Positions 23,646 to 37,829 of a DNA stretch of 64,000 nt are shown piece after piece. The notes beneath the pieces were generated by a model. It saw only the letters and a program-made list of their open reading frames with translations, did not search any database and was not told the DNA's origin. The DNA is from Scyliorhinus canicula (Eukaryota), in the NCBI RefSeq assembly GCF_902713615.1, contig NC_052146.1, positions 310,140,335 to 310,204,334 of the forward strand. Direction: 5' to 3'. A program made the translations under genes and the position numbers. Position 1 is the first letter of the stretch, and each line of letters starts with the position of its first letter.

Positions 23646-26600
23646 CAGGATGGTCTACACCTGGACCAGAGGGGTACCAATATCCTGGGGGGGAAATTTG
23701 CGAATTCTCTTCTGGAGGGATTAAACTAGTTCAGCAGGGGATTGGGAACCTGAATTGTAGCTCCAGTATACAGGAGATTGAGAGTAGTGAGTTCATGAGT
23801 AAGGTTTCAAAGTTGCAGGAGTATACCGGCAGGCAGGAAGGTGGTTTAAAGTGTGTCTTCTTCAATGCCAGGAGCATCCGGAATAAGGTGGGTGAACTTT
23901 CGGCATTGGTTGGTACCTGGGACTTCGATGTTGTGGCCATTTCGGAGACATGGATAGAGCAGGGACAGGAATGGTTGTTGCAGGTGCCTGGGTTTAGATA
24001 TTTCAGTAAGCTCAGGGAAGGTGGTAAGAGAGGGGGAGGGGTGGCATTGTTAGTCAAGGACAGTATTACGGTGGCAGAAAGGAAGTTTGATGAGGACTCG
24101 TCTATTGAGGTAGTATGGGCTGAGGTTAGAAACAGGAAAGGAGAGGTTTTTCTATAGGCCTCCAAAAAGATCCAGAGATGTAGAGGAAAGGATTGCAAAG
24201 ATGATTCTGGATCGGAGCCAAAGCAACAGGGTAGTTGTTATGGGGGACTTTAACTTTCCAAATATTGACTGGAAACCCTATAGTTCGAATACTTTAGTTG
24301 GTTCCGTTTTTGTCCAATGTGGGCAGGAGTGTTTCCTGACGCAGTATGTAGATAGGCCAACGAGAGGCGAGGCCGTATTGGATTTGGTACTGAGTAATGA
24401 ACCAGGATAGGTGTTAGATTTGGAGGTAGGTGAGCACTTTGGTGATAGTGACCACAATTCGATTACGTTTACTTTAGTGATGGAAAGGGATAGGTATATA
24501 CCACAGGGCAAGAGTTATATCTGGGAGAAAGGCAATCATGATGTGATGAGGCAAGACTTAGGATGCATCGGCTGGAGAGGAAAACTGCAGGGGATGCGCA
24601 CAATGGAAATGTGGAGCTTGTTCAAGGAACAGCTGCTGCGTGTCCTTGATAAGTATGTACCTGTCAGGCAGGGAGGAAGTGGTCGAGCGAGGGAACCGTG
24701 GTTTACTAAAGCAGTTGAAACACTTGTCAAGAGGAAGAAGGAGGCTTATGTAAAGATATGAGACGTGAAGTTTCAGTTAGAACGCTTGAGAGTTACATGT
24801 TAGCTAGGAAGGCTCTAAAGAGAGAGCTGAGAAGAGCCAGGAGGGGACATGAGAAGTCTTTGGCAGGTAGGATCAAGGATAACCCTAATGCTTTCTATAG
24901 ATATGTCAGGAATAAAAGAATGACTAGAGTAAGAGTAGGGCCAGTCAAGGACAGTAGTGGGAAGTTGTGCGTGGAGTCCGAGGAGATAGGAGAGGTGCTA
25001 ATGAATATTTGTCGTCAGTATTCACACAAGAAAAAGACAATGTTGTCGAGGAGAATACTGAGATTCAGGCTACTAGACTAGAAGGGCTTGAGGTTCATAA
25101 GGAGGAGGTGTTAGCAATTCTGGTAAGTGTGAAAATAGATAAATCCCCTAGGCTGGATGGGATTTATCCTAGGATACTCTGGGAAGCTAGGGAGGAGATT
25201 GTTGAGCCATTGGCTTTGATCTTTAAGTCATCTTTGTCTACAGGAATAGTGCCAGAAGACTGGAGGATAGCAAATGTCCCCTTGTTCAAGACGGGGAGTA
25301 GAGACAACCCTGGTTACTACAGACCAGTGAACCTTACTTCTGTTGTGGGCAAAGTCATGGAAAGGTTTATAAGAGATAGGATGTATAATCATCTGGAAAG
25401 GAATAATTTGATTAGAGATAGTCAACACAGTTTTGTGAAGGGTAGGTCGTGCCTCACTAACCTGATTGAGTTCTTTGAGAAGGTGACCAAACAGGTGGAT
25501 GAGGGTAAAGCAGTTGATGTGGTGTATACGGATTTCAGTAAAGCGTTTGATAAGGTTTCTCACGGTAGGCTATTGCAGAAAATACGGAGGCATGGGATTC
25601 AAGGTGATGCAGCAGTTTGGATCAGAAATTGGCTAGCTGGAAGAAGACAAAGGGTGGTGGTTGATGGGAAATGTTCAGATTGGAGTCCATACTAGTGCTG
25701 TACGACAAGGATCTGTTTTGGGGCCACTGTTTTTTGTCATTTTTATAAATGACCTGGAGGAGGGCGTAGAAGGATGGGTGAGTAAATTTCCAAATGACAC
25801 TAAAGTCGGTAGAGTTGTGGGCAGTGCAGAAGGATGTTACAAGTTACAGAGGGACATAGATAAGCTGAAGAGCTGGGCTGACAGGTGGCAAATGGAGTTT
25901 AATGCAGAAAAGTGTGAGGTGATTCATTTTGGAAGGAATAACAGGAAGACAGAGTACTGGGCTAATGGTAAGATTCTTGGTAGTGTGGATGAGCAGAGAG
26001 ATCTCGGTTTCCATGTACATAGAACCCTGAAAGTTGCCACCCAGGTTGAGAGGGTTGTTAAGAAGGCGTACGGTGTGTTAGCTTTTATTGGTAGAGGGAT
26101 TGAGTTTCGGAGCCATGAGGTCATGTTGCAGCTGTACAAAACTCTGGTGTGGCCGCAGTTGGAGTATTGCGTGCAATTCTGGTCGCCGGACTATAGGAAG
26201 GAAGTGGAAGCATTAGAAATGGTGCAGAGGAGATTTACCAGAATGTTGCCTGATATGGAGTGAAGATCTGGGGCGGAATTCTCCGACCCCCCGCAGGATC
26301 GGGGAATCGCCCGTGGCCGGTGTAAATCCCGCACCCGCCGTGGCCGGAATTCTCCGCCACCCGGAAATCGGCGGGAGCGAGAATCACGCCCCGCCGATCG
26401 GCGTGCCCCACGGCGCATATCGCGTGCCCCACATGGCGATTCTCCAGCCTGCGATAGGCCGAAGTCCCGCCGCTGACAGGCCAATCCCGCCGACATGGTT
26501 TAAACCAATCTGTTACCGGCGGGATTGGCGGCGTGAGCTGGCCTCCGGGTTCCTGGGGGGGCGCGGGGCGTTCGGACCCCGGGGGATGCCTCCACGGTGG

Positions 26601-27418
26601 CCTGGCCCGCGATCGGGGCCCACCGATCGGCCGGCGAGCCAGTGCCGTGGGGGCTCTCTTTTTCTTCTGCCGCCGCCACGGCCGCCACCACGGCGGACGC
26701 GGAAGTGACCCCCCCTACCGCACATGCGCCGGTGGTGATGTCAGCGGCCACTGACGCACGGCGCATGCGCGGACTGGCGAAGGCCTTTCGGCCATCCCCG
26801 ACGCCGGGCGGCGTAGCGCCAAAGGCCGTTGGCGCCGGTTTTGGCATCGGTCGGCATAGCGGAAACCACTCCGGCGCGGGCCTAGCCCCTAAACGTTTGG
26901 AGAATTCCGCAGCTTTGGGGAGGCCCGACGCCAGAGTGGTTGGCGCCACTCCGCTACGCCGGGCCCCCCCCCGCCCCGCCAGGTAGGGGAGAATCCCGGC
27001 CCTTATGAGGAAAGGCTGAGGGACTTGAGGCTGTTTTCGTTAGAGAGAAGAAGGTTAAGAGGTGACTTAATTGAGGCATACAAGATGATCAGAGGATTAG
27101 ATAGGGTGGACAATGAGAGCCTTTTTCCTCGGATGGTGATGTCTAGCACGAGGGGACATAGCTTTAAATTGAGGGGAGATAGATATAGGACAGATGTCAG
27201 AGGTAGGTTCTTTACTCAGAGAGTAGTAAGGGCGGGGAATGACCTCCCTGAAACAGTAGTTGACCCGCCAACACTAAGGGCATTCAAATGGTCATTGGAT
27301 AGACATATGGACGATAAGGGAATAGTGTAGACGGGCTTTAGAGTGGTTTCATAGGTCGGCGCAACATCGAGGGCTGAAGGGCCTGTACTGCGCTGTAATG
27401 TTCTAAGTTCTATGTTCA
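23646..27418 (+). mobile_element. HER1 (CR1) LINE: end of ORF1, APE endonuclease, RT and 3' UTR; frameshifted and interrupted by a MITE
   Basis: CVFFNARSIRNKVGEL...VAISETW; VVVMGDFNFP; SDHNSI; YRPVNLTSVVGK; DFSKAFDKV; QGSVLGPLFFVIFINDL; tail at about 27400. Confidence 0.95.
26270..27002. mobile_element. Harbinger/PIF-derived MITE inserted in HER1
   Basis: Imperfect 15-bp TIRs (GGGGCGGAATTCTCC / GGAGAATCCCGGCCC); the last about 170 bp match the terminus of the transposase-bearing element at 46580-46754. Confidence 0.82.
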
Positions 27419-29962
27419 GCTCCACCCACACTCTGACATCACTCCAGTAACATGATTAGCTCAATTTCTTAAAGTACATTTCCTAAACACCCATTTCTTA
27501 AATGACACCTCACATGACACCTCCCCCCAAGAAAAAAAAACCCATCAACTTCAAGATGGTTTCATTTTTCACCTTTTCACCATCCTTTAAGAAATGCACA
27601 CAGTAAATACACTTTACATTTCAAAAGATAACACACGCAAATAGGTGTAATAATATAGTCCATTTTTTTTCCCTTCTTCTTCCTCCAACTGAAATTGCTT
27701 CCGTTCATCACATTCGTGACAAAACATCAGCGATCACAATTTATCGCCCTGCCACATGTACTATTTTTAAATGAAATGGCTGGAACAGTAAACTCCTGTG
27801 AAACAGCCTTGCATTGTTATACCGGAATCGCTCCAAAACTGTTAGCACCTTATGATCAGTATATATAATGATGTCAGACGGTTTGCTGGTCACATAAATG
27901 TGAAAATGTTGCAAAGCCAGCACCAAGCTCAAAGTCTCCATCTCAATCGTTGAATACTTTTTCTGGTGAGAATTCAATTTCTTTGAAAAATAACCAATAG
28001 GCCGCTCTAGCCCTTCATCGTCATCCTGTAGAAGCACCGCACCTACCCCCACATCACTCACATCAACAGCCACTTTGAATGGTTTGGTATAATTTGGGAT
28101 GGCTAACACAGGAGCAGTGGCTAACACAGTCTTCAGGCTGTCAAATGCCTGTTGACACTCCGTTGTCCACTAGAATTTGTTACGCTTCTTGAGCAAGTCA
28201 GTCAGTGGAGCGACAACGCTGCTAAAATTGGGGACACATTTCCGGTAAAATCCACTCAGACCAAGAAATTGCATTATTTCCCATCATGTCGAGGGTATCG
28301 GAAACTCCACAATAACTTTTGTTTTCACATCCCGTGGGACCATTCGACCCTGTCTGATTGTATGGTCAAGGAAAGTGACTTGGGCCTTTCCAAATTCACT
28401 TTTGGCTAGGTTTATCACCAAACCCACCTCCTGAAGTCGAGCAAATAATTCCATCAGATGTTTTAAATGTTCTTTCCATTTCTGGCTGAAAATTACCAGA
28501 TCGTCAATGTATACAGCACAATTGGGTAATCCTGAAATGACTTTGTTAGTTAACCGTTGAAATGTGGCTGGGGCATTATTCATGCCAAATGGCATAACTT
28601 TGAATTGGTATATACCATCTGCAGTCACAGAAGCTGAAATCTTCTTCGCCCTTTCAGATAAAGGTACCTGCCAGTAACCTTTAAGTAAATCCAATTTGGA
28701 AATAAAAGCTGATTGTCCCACTTTCTCAATGCAATCCTCCTAATGTGGGCTAGGATAAGAGTCCGTTCTTGTCACTGCATTAACACTTCTATAGTCCACA
28801 CACAACCGTTGGATACCGTCTGGTTTTGGTACCATCACTATGGGTGAGCTCCATTGGCTGCAACCCACTTCAATTATGCCATTTTTAAACATACTCTCAA
28901 TCTCTTTGTTAACCTGTTCCAATTTTAAAGGGTTACGTCTGTATGGATGTTGTTTGATTGGAACAGCATTTCCCACATCTACATCATGTATAGTGTATTT
29001 AGTATTTCCCAATTTATCTCCGCAAACTTGCCCATGTGATATCAATAACTCTTTCAGGTCAGTTTGTTTTTCATCTGAAACATAACTCAACAATGTATCC
29101 CAATTTTTAAGAACATCCTCATTTTCCAATTTAATTTGAGGTGTGTCAAATTCAGTCATCTGGATTTGGTTCGTCACTTTGTGTTAGAATCATTAAAACC
29201 TCCTCCTTTTTCTCTCCTTCCCTCTCATAGTACCTTTTAAGCATATTCACACGACACACTCGGTGATTCTTCCTTCTATCTGGTGTTTTTACCACACAGT
29301 TCGCCTCACTTAATTTTCTTTCAATCTGATAAGATCCACAAAACCTAGCTTTTAAAAGTTCACCTATCACTGGTAACAACACAAAAACTTTATCTCCACT
29401 CGCAAAACGACAAACTTTGGATTTATTTTCTGCTATCCATTTCGTCACATTTTGTGCACCTTTGAAATGTTGTCTATCCAATTCAACTGTTCTATTTTAA
29501 TCGTTCCCTAAAATTTGACACATAATCCAATAATGTAATTTCCGATTTTTCATCCACCAATTTTTCCTTATTCAATTTAAGTCCTCTTACCTCATTACCA
29601 AAAATTAGTTCAAAAGGACTAAATTTGGTTGACTCATTCGGTGCATCCTTAATTACAAACAATACGAATGGAATTCCTTTATCCCAATCCTCTGGATAAT
29701 TGTGACAATACACCCTCAACATTGTCTTTAATGTCTGATGCCACCTTTCTAATGCTCCCTGCGAATCTGGGTGGTACGCAGTTGATTTAAATTATTTTAT
29801 TCCGAAGCTATCCATAACTTCTTTGAATAACTATGAGGTAAAATTTGATCCTTGATCCGATTGCATTTCTGTGGATAGTCCATATCTAAAGAATTTAAGT
29901 AACTCCTCCACAATCTTTTTAGCTGTAATATTATGTACTGAAAGGCCTCTGGAAACCTAGTA

Positions 29963-30576
29963 CAGTAGTCCCCCGTTATACCGTGCTCCGCAATACCGCG
30001 GTTCGCGATATACGGCGGGGGGGCTTATGGACCCCAACTTACTCGAAACTTACTTGCACTGGGATAAGGGGACAGAGCTGGGGCAACTTCAGGTTTCCAG
30101 TCGGGGAGCGGATTATTTTTAGCAAACAAGCCTGCCCAGAAAGTTGCTAAATGTAAAAGTTTGCAAAGTTAATCCTTCACCAATTGTCAGTTAACTGCGG
30201 GTGGCTGGATTGCTGACAGCAGCGAGAGTGATGGGCTGCATTCAGGAAGGGGAACCCTTACTCGCGGGCATTGGGGAGTGGGCTCAGTTTTAAAGCTTGG
30301 ATGTTGACATCTAAACGACACATTTACATTAGTCACTGCCCAGGAAAGTGTGCCTGTCTCAATAACCGTGTGGATCTGCAGTCACTTGCCCTGTGGTCTC
30401 TGCTCCGCTTCGAACAGTCTGCGATATACGGCGGGGGGGGGGCTTATGGGAGGCTGTCTACCAATAACCCTGAAATGTTTAAATTAAAAAACCCCCATCG
30501 TGGATATCCGCGGCTCGGATGTAATGCGGGTGGCTGTCTTGGACCCCAACACCCGGGTTATAATGGGGGACGACTG
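29963..30576. mobile_element. Tc1/mariner (Tigger/pogo-like) MITE inserted in the Gmr1 integrase
   Basis: TIRs CAGTAGTCCCCCGTTATA / TATAATGGGGGACGACTG flanked by a TA TSD (29961-62, 30577-78); removing it restores integrase D-V-C-T-R-F-P. Confidence 0.88.
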
Positions 30577-31427
30577 TACACACATCCATTATAGCCAAAA
30601 GATATTGATCCCCACTTTTTGTTTTAGCAAGCAGTCCGACGCAATCAATTTTGACCTTGTAAAAGGTTCCTCGAATGCTGGAATGGGTATTAAGGGCACT
30701 GGTTTTATCACTGATTGAGGTTTCCCCATCACTTGACATGTGTGACATGATTTACAAAATCTAACTACATTTTTATGTAGTCCAGGCCAATAAAAATGTT
30801 TCTGGATTTTAGCTTGAGTTTTCCTTATTTCCAAATGACCTCCCACTGGTACCTCATGTGCAACTCGCAACACCTCCTTTCTATACCCTACCGGCAATTC
30901 TACTTGATGAACTTCTGCCCACTTTTCATCCGCCTGCATGTGTAAAGGTCTCCATTTTCTCATCAAGACATCAGTTTTACGGTAATAACATTCTGGTATA
31001 CAGCCCGATTCCTCTTCCATGTATGCTTTCTGATACATCCGGTTTATTTCTACATCTTTCTGTTGTAACTCCGCCAATTTTCCTGAACTAAAAATATCTG
31101 CCTCATCCTCCACCTGTTCTTGTTCTTTTTCAACCATCTGATCAAAAATCGTTTCTGATAATTGCATTTCAACTTCATCTTCACTCTTTGATTTGTCCTC
31201 TTGTCTTAACCTGTGACTTTGCGACCTTGTTACTACACAATCCCGAAAAATCCCAGGATATTCGTCCTTCAGGACTTCAGTTGTCTGATTTTCCACTGGC
31301 TTATCAACCCCAGTAGGCATCACTCCCACCTGTGATCCAGCTATGTCATTACGCAAGATAAACTGTATTGCTGGACAAGATAGTTTGTCTATTACTCATA
31401 CTACCACTTCACCACTCTTCACTAGAC

Positions 31428-34400
31428 TAGAACATAGAACATAAAACATAGAACATTGAACATTACAGAGCAGTACAGGCCCTTCGCCCCTCGATGTTGC
31501 GCCAACCAATGAAACCACTCTAAAGCCCATGGACACTATTCCCTTATCATCCATAAGTTTATCCAATAACCATTTGAATGCCCTTAGACTTGGCGATTCC
31601 ACTACTGTTGCAGGCAGGGCATTCTACGCCCTTACTACTCTCTGAGTAACGAACCTACCCCTGACATCTGTCCTATATCTATCTACCCTCAATTTAAAGC
31701 TATGTCCCCTCGTGCTAGACATCACCATCCGAGGAAAAAGTCTCTCACTGTCCACCCTATCTAATTCTCTGCTCATCTTGTAGGCCTCAATTAAGTCATC
31801 TCTTAACCTTCTTCTCTCTAACGAAAACAGCCTAAATCCCTCAGTTTTCCCTCGTAAGATCTTCCCTCCATACCAAGCAACATCCTGGTAAATCTCCTCT
31901 GCACACTTTCCAAAGCTTCCACATCCTTCCTATAATGCGGCGACCAGAATTGCTTGCAATACTCCAATTGCGGCCGCACCAGAGTTTTGGACAGCTGCAA
32001 CATGACCTCATGGCTCTGAAACTCAATCCCTCTACCAATGAAGGCCAACACACCATAGGCCTTCTTCACAACCCTCTCAACCTTAGTGGCAACTTTCAGG
32101 GATCTAAGTACATGGACACCGAGGTCTCTCTGCTCATCCAGACCACCAAGAATCTTACCATTAGCCCAGTATTCTGTCTTCCTGTTATTCTTTCCAAAAT
32201 GAATCACCTCACACTTTTCTGCATTAAACTCCAGGCTGAACATTTCCCATCAACCACCACCCTCTGTCTTCTTACAGCGAGCCAATTTCTGATCCAAACC
32301 GCTAAATCACCCTGAATCCCATGCCTCCGTATTTTCTGGAATAGCCTATGTGGGGATCCTTAACAAACGCTTTACTGAAATCCATATACACCACATCAAC
32401 TGCTTTACCCTCGTCCACCTGTTTGGTCACCTTCTCAAACAACTCAATAAGGTTTGTGAGGCACGACCTACCCTTCACAAAACCGTGTTGACTATGTCTA
32501 ATCAAATTATTCCTTTTCAGATGATTATACATCCTATCTCTTATAAACCTTTCCAGGACTTTGCCCACAACAGAAGTAAGGCTCACTGGTCTATAGTTAC
32601 CGGGGTTGTCTCTACTCCCTTTCTTGAACAAGGGGACAACGTTTGCTATCCTCCAGTCTTCTGTCAACAATCCTGTAGACAATGATGACATAAAGGTCAA
32701 AGCCAAAGGCACAGCAATCTCCTCCCTAGCTTCCCAGAGAATCCTAAGATAAATCCCATCCGAACCAGGGGACTTATCTATTTTCACACTTTCCAGAATT
32801 GCTAACACCTCCTCCTTATGAACCTCAAGCCCTTTTAGTCTTGTAACCTGTATCTCAATATTCTCCTCAACAACATTGTCTTTTGCCTGTGTGAATACTG
32901 ACGACAAATATCCATTTAGCACCTCTTCTATCTCCTCGGACTCCACGCACAACTTCCCACTGCTGTCCTTGACTGGCCCTACTCTTACCCTAGTCATTCT
33001 TTATTCCTGACATATCTATAGAAAGCATTAGGGTTATCCTTCATCCTACCTGCCAAAGAATTCTCATGTCTCCTCCTGGCTCTTCTTAGCTGTCTCTTTA
33101 GGTCCTTCCTAGCTAACTTGTAACTCTCAAGCGCCCTAACTGAACCTTCATGTCTCATTTTTGCATAAACCTCCTTCTTCCTCTTGACAAGTGTTTCAAC
33201 TGCTTTAGTAAACCACGGTTCCCTCACTCAACCACTTCCTCCCTGCCTGACAGGTACATACTTATCAAGGACATGCAGTAGCTGTTCCTTGAACAAGCTC
33301 CACATTTCCATTGTGCCCATCCCCTGCAGTTTCCCTCCCCAGCCGATGCATCCTAAGTCTTGCCTCATTGCATCATAATTGCCTTTCCCCCAGATATAAC
33401 TCTTGCCCTGTGGTATATACCTATCCCTTTCCATCACTAAGGTAAACGTAATCGAATTGTGGTCACTATCACCAAAGTGCTCACCTCCCTCCATATCTAA
33501 CACCTGTCCTGGTTCATTACCCAGCACCAAATCCAATATGGCCTCACCTCTCGTTGACCTATCTACATACTGTGTCAAGAAGCCCTCCTGCACACATTGG
33601 ACAAAATCGGACCCATCTAAAGTACTCGAACTAGAGCGTTTCCAGTCAATATTTGTAAAGTTAAAGTCCCCCATAACAACTACCCTGTTACTTTCGCTCC
33701 TATCCAGAATCATCTTTGCAATCCTTTCCTCTACATCTCTGGAACTTTTCGGAGGCCTATAGAAAACCCCTAACAGGGTGACCTCTCCTTTCCTGTTTCT
33801 AACCTCAGCCCATACTACCTCAGTAGACGAGTCCTCATCAAATGTCCTCTCAGCCACCGTAATACTGTCCTTGACTAACAATGCCACCCTTCCCCCTCTT
33901 TCACCACCTTCCCTGAGCTTATTGAAATATCTAAACCCTGACACCTGCAACAACCGTTCCTGTCCCTGCTCTATCCATGTCTCCGAAATGGCCACAACAT
34001 CGAAGTCCCAGGTACTAACCCATGCCGCAAGTTCACCCACCTTATTCCAGATGCTCCTGGCATTGAAGTAGACACACTTTAAACCAACTTCCTGCCTGCA
34101 GTACACTCCTGCAGCTTTGAAACCTTACTCATGACCTCACTATTCTCAACGTCCTGTATACTGGAGCTACAATTCAGGTTCCCAATCCCCTGCTGAACTA
34201 GTTTAAACCCACCTGAAGAGCATGAGCAAATTTACCCCCCAGGATATTTGTACCCCTCTGGTGCAGGTGTAGACCATCCTGTTTGTAGAGGTCCCACCTA
34301 CCCCAGAATGAGCCCCAATTATCCAGGAATCTGAAACCCTCCCTCCTGCACCATCCCTGTAGCCACGTGTTCAACTGCTCTCTCTCCCTATTCCTCGTCT

Positions 34401-35478
34401 CGCTAGCACGTGGCATGGGTAACAACCCAGAGATAATAACTCTGTTTGTCCTGGATCCAAGTTTCCACCCTAACTCCCTGAATTCCTGCCTTACATCCCT
34501 ATCCCTTTTCTGACCTATGTTGTTGGTGCCTATGTGGACCACGACTTGGGGCTGCTCCCCCTCCCCCTGAAGGATCCCGAAAACACGATCCGAGTCTTCG
34601 CGGACTCTGGCACCTGGGAGGCAACACACCAACCGCGAGTCTCTCTCATTCCCACATAATCTCCTATCTATCCCCCTAACTATGGAGTCTCCAATGACTA
34701 TTGCTCTACTCCTCACCCACCCGCTTCCCTTCTGAGCAACAGGGACAGACTCTGTGCCAGAGACCTGTACCCCATGGCTTACCCCTGGATAGTCGTCCCC
34801 CAACATTATCCAAAGTGGTATACTTGTTACTAAGGGGAACGACCACAAGGGATCCCTATACTGTCTGCTTCCTCCCAGCCCCTCTCACCGTCACCCATCT
34901 ATCTTTATTCTTCAGAGTAACTACATCCCTGAAGCTTCTATCTATGACCACATCTGCCTCCTGAATCATCCGAAATTCATCTAGTTCCAGCTCCAATTCC
35001 CTAACACGGTTTCTGAGGAGCTGGAGATGGGTGCCCTTCCCACAGATGGAATTAGCAGGGACACTGACGGCGTCCCTCACCTCAAACATTCTGCAGGAGG
35101 AACATTGCACTGCCTTCCCTGCCATCCCCTCTCGATAAAACAAGAAAAAGAAAGGAAGAGTTTACCTGTTATTCACTCAACCCCTTAGGTTAGAGGAGAT
35201 GGAAGGGTGGGGGACACGACAAGTGTAGTGTCTCGAGTTTAGCAGCCGCCCAACTTATATACAGGTACTAACAAATCTTCCCAGAAATCCCCACGGCCGA
35301 CTTCCTGCAGCTCTAAAGGTAAGTTTTTAATGTTTACACTTACCTTCCCGACAGGTCCCTGGACCCTGCTCCCGCCAAAAATCTGAAGGCCGCTTCTTCT
35401 GCAATGTAAGTTTTTAAAGGTTAAACTTATCTTCCCGACAGCCCCCTGGACACTGCTCCGGCTGAGAATCTGAAGCCA
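31428..35478 (-). mobile_element. Near full-length HER1 LINE with an internal RT deletion, nested in Gmr1
   Basis: ORF1 zinc-finger/coiled-coil and SGNH esterase-like part (IVIGDSIVRG...VVHIGTNN...DGLHL), APE and RT ORFs at 33228-34106, 32302-32997, 31818-32243; tail at 31428. Confidence 0.95.
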
Positions 35479-37829
35479 GCCTTACCTTATATAATGGAAC
35501 GCTACTCCTCTCACCCTGAATTCCACAAATCACCGCCTTTTCTGGCAATATTCTTCCCAAACTACATGATTCCTCATCTCCTACCATTAAAGATTGACGA
35601 ACCCCTGTATCTCTTAAAATTGTGACTTCTTTACCTGCTACTCCTGATACACATGAGTAAACTTTATCCACACAAGTAAATTCTTTAAAGACATCTGACA
35701 CCTTCTTAACAATTACTTCTTGAACAGGCTGTACAATCGATTGCACCTCCTTCGCTCCCCTTGGGCTTTCCTTTACCACTCTAATAAATTCCACTGTCTT
35801 ATCCTGTTTTATCACATCAGCCTTCCCAGTGCTTTTCTTCAAACACCAACACTGTGGCTTTACATGGCCTAGTTTATTACAGTGAAAACATTTCATTTCT
35901 TTTCCACCCTCCTGGATTTTTTTTAAAATCTGAGGTACACTCTCTTTATTGTCTCCCATCAGATCACCTTTACCGTTACCACTTGAGTATTTCTCATGTC
36001 CCCAGTTTCTTTCCCTCACCGGCTGAAACTGATGTTGGAAACCAAGCTTTGATTTATGAACTAATTCATAATCATCTGCCATTTCTGCTGCTAATCTCTC
36101 AGTTTTAACCCTCTGCTCTTCCACATGAGTTCTCACTACATCATGAATTGAATTTTTAAACTCCTCCAAAAGTATAATTTCTCTGAGTGCTTCATACGTT
36201 TGGTCTATTTCCACCTTATCCAACTATCAAAGTTACTCTGTTTGAGCCTTTCAAACTCCATGTATGTTTGACCAAATTCTTTCCTTAAATTTCTAAACCT
36301 TTGTCTGTAAGCTTCAGGCACTAGCTCATATGCACTTAAGATGGATTTCTTCACCTCCTCATACGTTCCAGACACCTCCTCCGATAGTGATGCAAACACT
36401 TCACAAGCTCTACCTACCAGCTTTATTTGAATCAGTAACACCCACGTGTCCTGTGGCCATTTCATTTGTTTAGCTACGTCCTCAAAATAAATGAAAAATG
36501 CTTCCACTTCCTTCTCATCAAACCTTGGCAATGCTTGGACATATTTAAATAGATTCCCACCAAGCCTTCGACTTTGATGCTCTTTCTCACTATCCTCATC
36601 CATCTCCTCCAACTGTATGTGTCCCTTTACGTCTGCCAATATAAATTGACTGTCATGTTTCATGGCCATTTTCAGAAGTTCAAACTCTCTCTCTTTATCT
36701 TTTTCCCTGAGCTGTATCTCCCTTTCTTTTTCTTTTTGTTCTCTCTCGCTTTATTTTTCCTCTCTCTCTCTCTCTCTCTTTCTTTTTCCCCTCTCTCTCT
36801 TTCGTATTCAAGCTGCTTTAATTCTTTCTCATGTTCCATTTGTTTAATTTGCAACTGAATTTTTGCCATTTCCAATGAGTCAGAATCTATCTCAACTTTA
36901 AATGCTTATCCACCGCCATAATTACCTCATCTTTTTGCATTTTGTCAGGGAATGTTAACTGCAATGTTTTTGCCAAATCTAACAGTCTGCTTTTTATATC
37001 TGTCCATAAGGTACTGCGTGTGACATTCTCCACCCCCAAACACTTCTGAGCCTCTGAAAGAGCCATTGTCCACAACACACTTAAACTCAAATACCACACC
37101 GGAAAAGCAACACTCCTTCACTGTCTTTAAGTTCACACAAGCCAATCCAATAGATAGACTTTTATACTGGACGAGCCCCCAATTTTTATGGGAGCAGCAT
37201 TTTCAGAACCCCAAAATGTATCATGGAATTCAAGCAACCTCTCCCTTGAATGGATTGTTGCTTTTGAAGCACACGGCTTGTTCGCCAGGTGTGGTATTAC
37301 AATTATGGACACATGGGTTTTTAAACACAAAACAATGTTTATTCCATGAATTCAACTTAAACTTTTAAAATAAACATTGGATCACTTAACACCCCTTACA
37401 TCAAAGATAACCCCAAAAATAATACAACACTAAATAATCCCTCAAAATGTTCCTTCAAACCTCCAAAAGACCCAACACCTTTAACAACAGAAACACATCA
37501 GGTTAACAACATTATTATTATGAGTTTTAATCACCCAAAATGATTCAGAGATAGTCTTTCATGGCAGAGAACACAGCTGGTCCAGCTCACTGTAAAAACA
37601 CAGACACACCCAAGCTCTTTTCCTCAAAAACTGGCATTCACCTTTCAAACAGCTCACAGCAAACCAGCCAAGCACTTTTCAGCTGCTCTCTCTCAAACTG
37701 AAACTAAAAGCAGAAGTGAGCTCAGCTTCCCGCACCCTCTGACATCACTTCAGTAATATGAGCTGCTGCATTTCTTAAAGGGACATTGCTTAAACATCCA
37801 TTTATTAAAGGTACTCTCACATGACACCT

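Larger units (their letters stand above)
27419..37826 (-). mobile_element. Gmr1-clade Ty3/Gypsy LTR retrotransposon (gag-PR-IN-RT-RH order), degenerate, with nested insertions
   Basis: 5' LTR about 37184-37826; PBS TGGGGGCTCGTCC (tRNA-Pro type) at 37169-37181; gag with zinc knuckle CFHCNKLGHVKPQC; protease ILRDTG; integrase HHCC zinc finger (30589-31356) and core (29492-29950) precede RT (28284-29177) and RNase H (27741-28127); PPT at 27520-27530; 3' LTR remnant 27419-27519. Confidence 0.9.

Noticed and set aside
26191-27002. Cluster of GC-rich overlapping ORFs (also 47950-48630 and 54600-55680)
   Set aside because: They arise from low stop-codon frequency in GC-rich MITEs.
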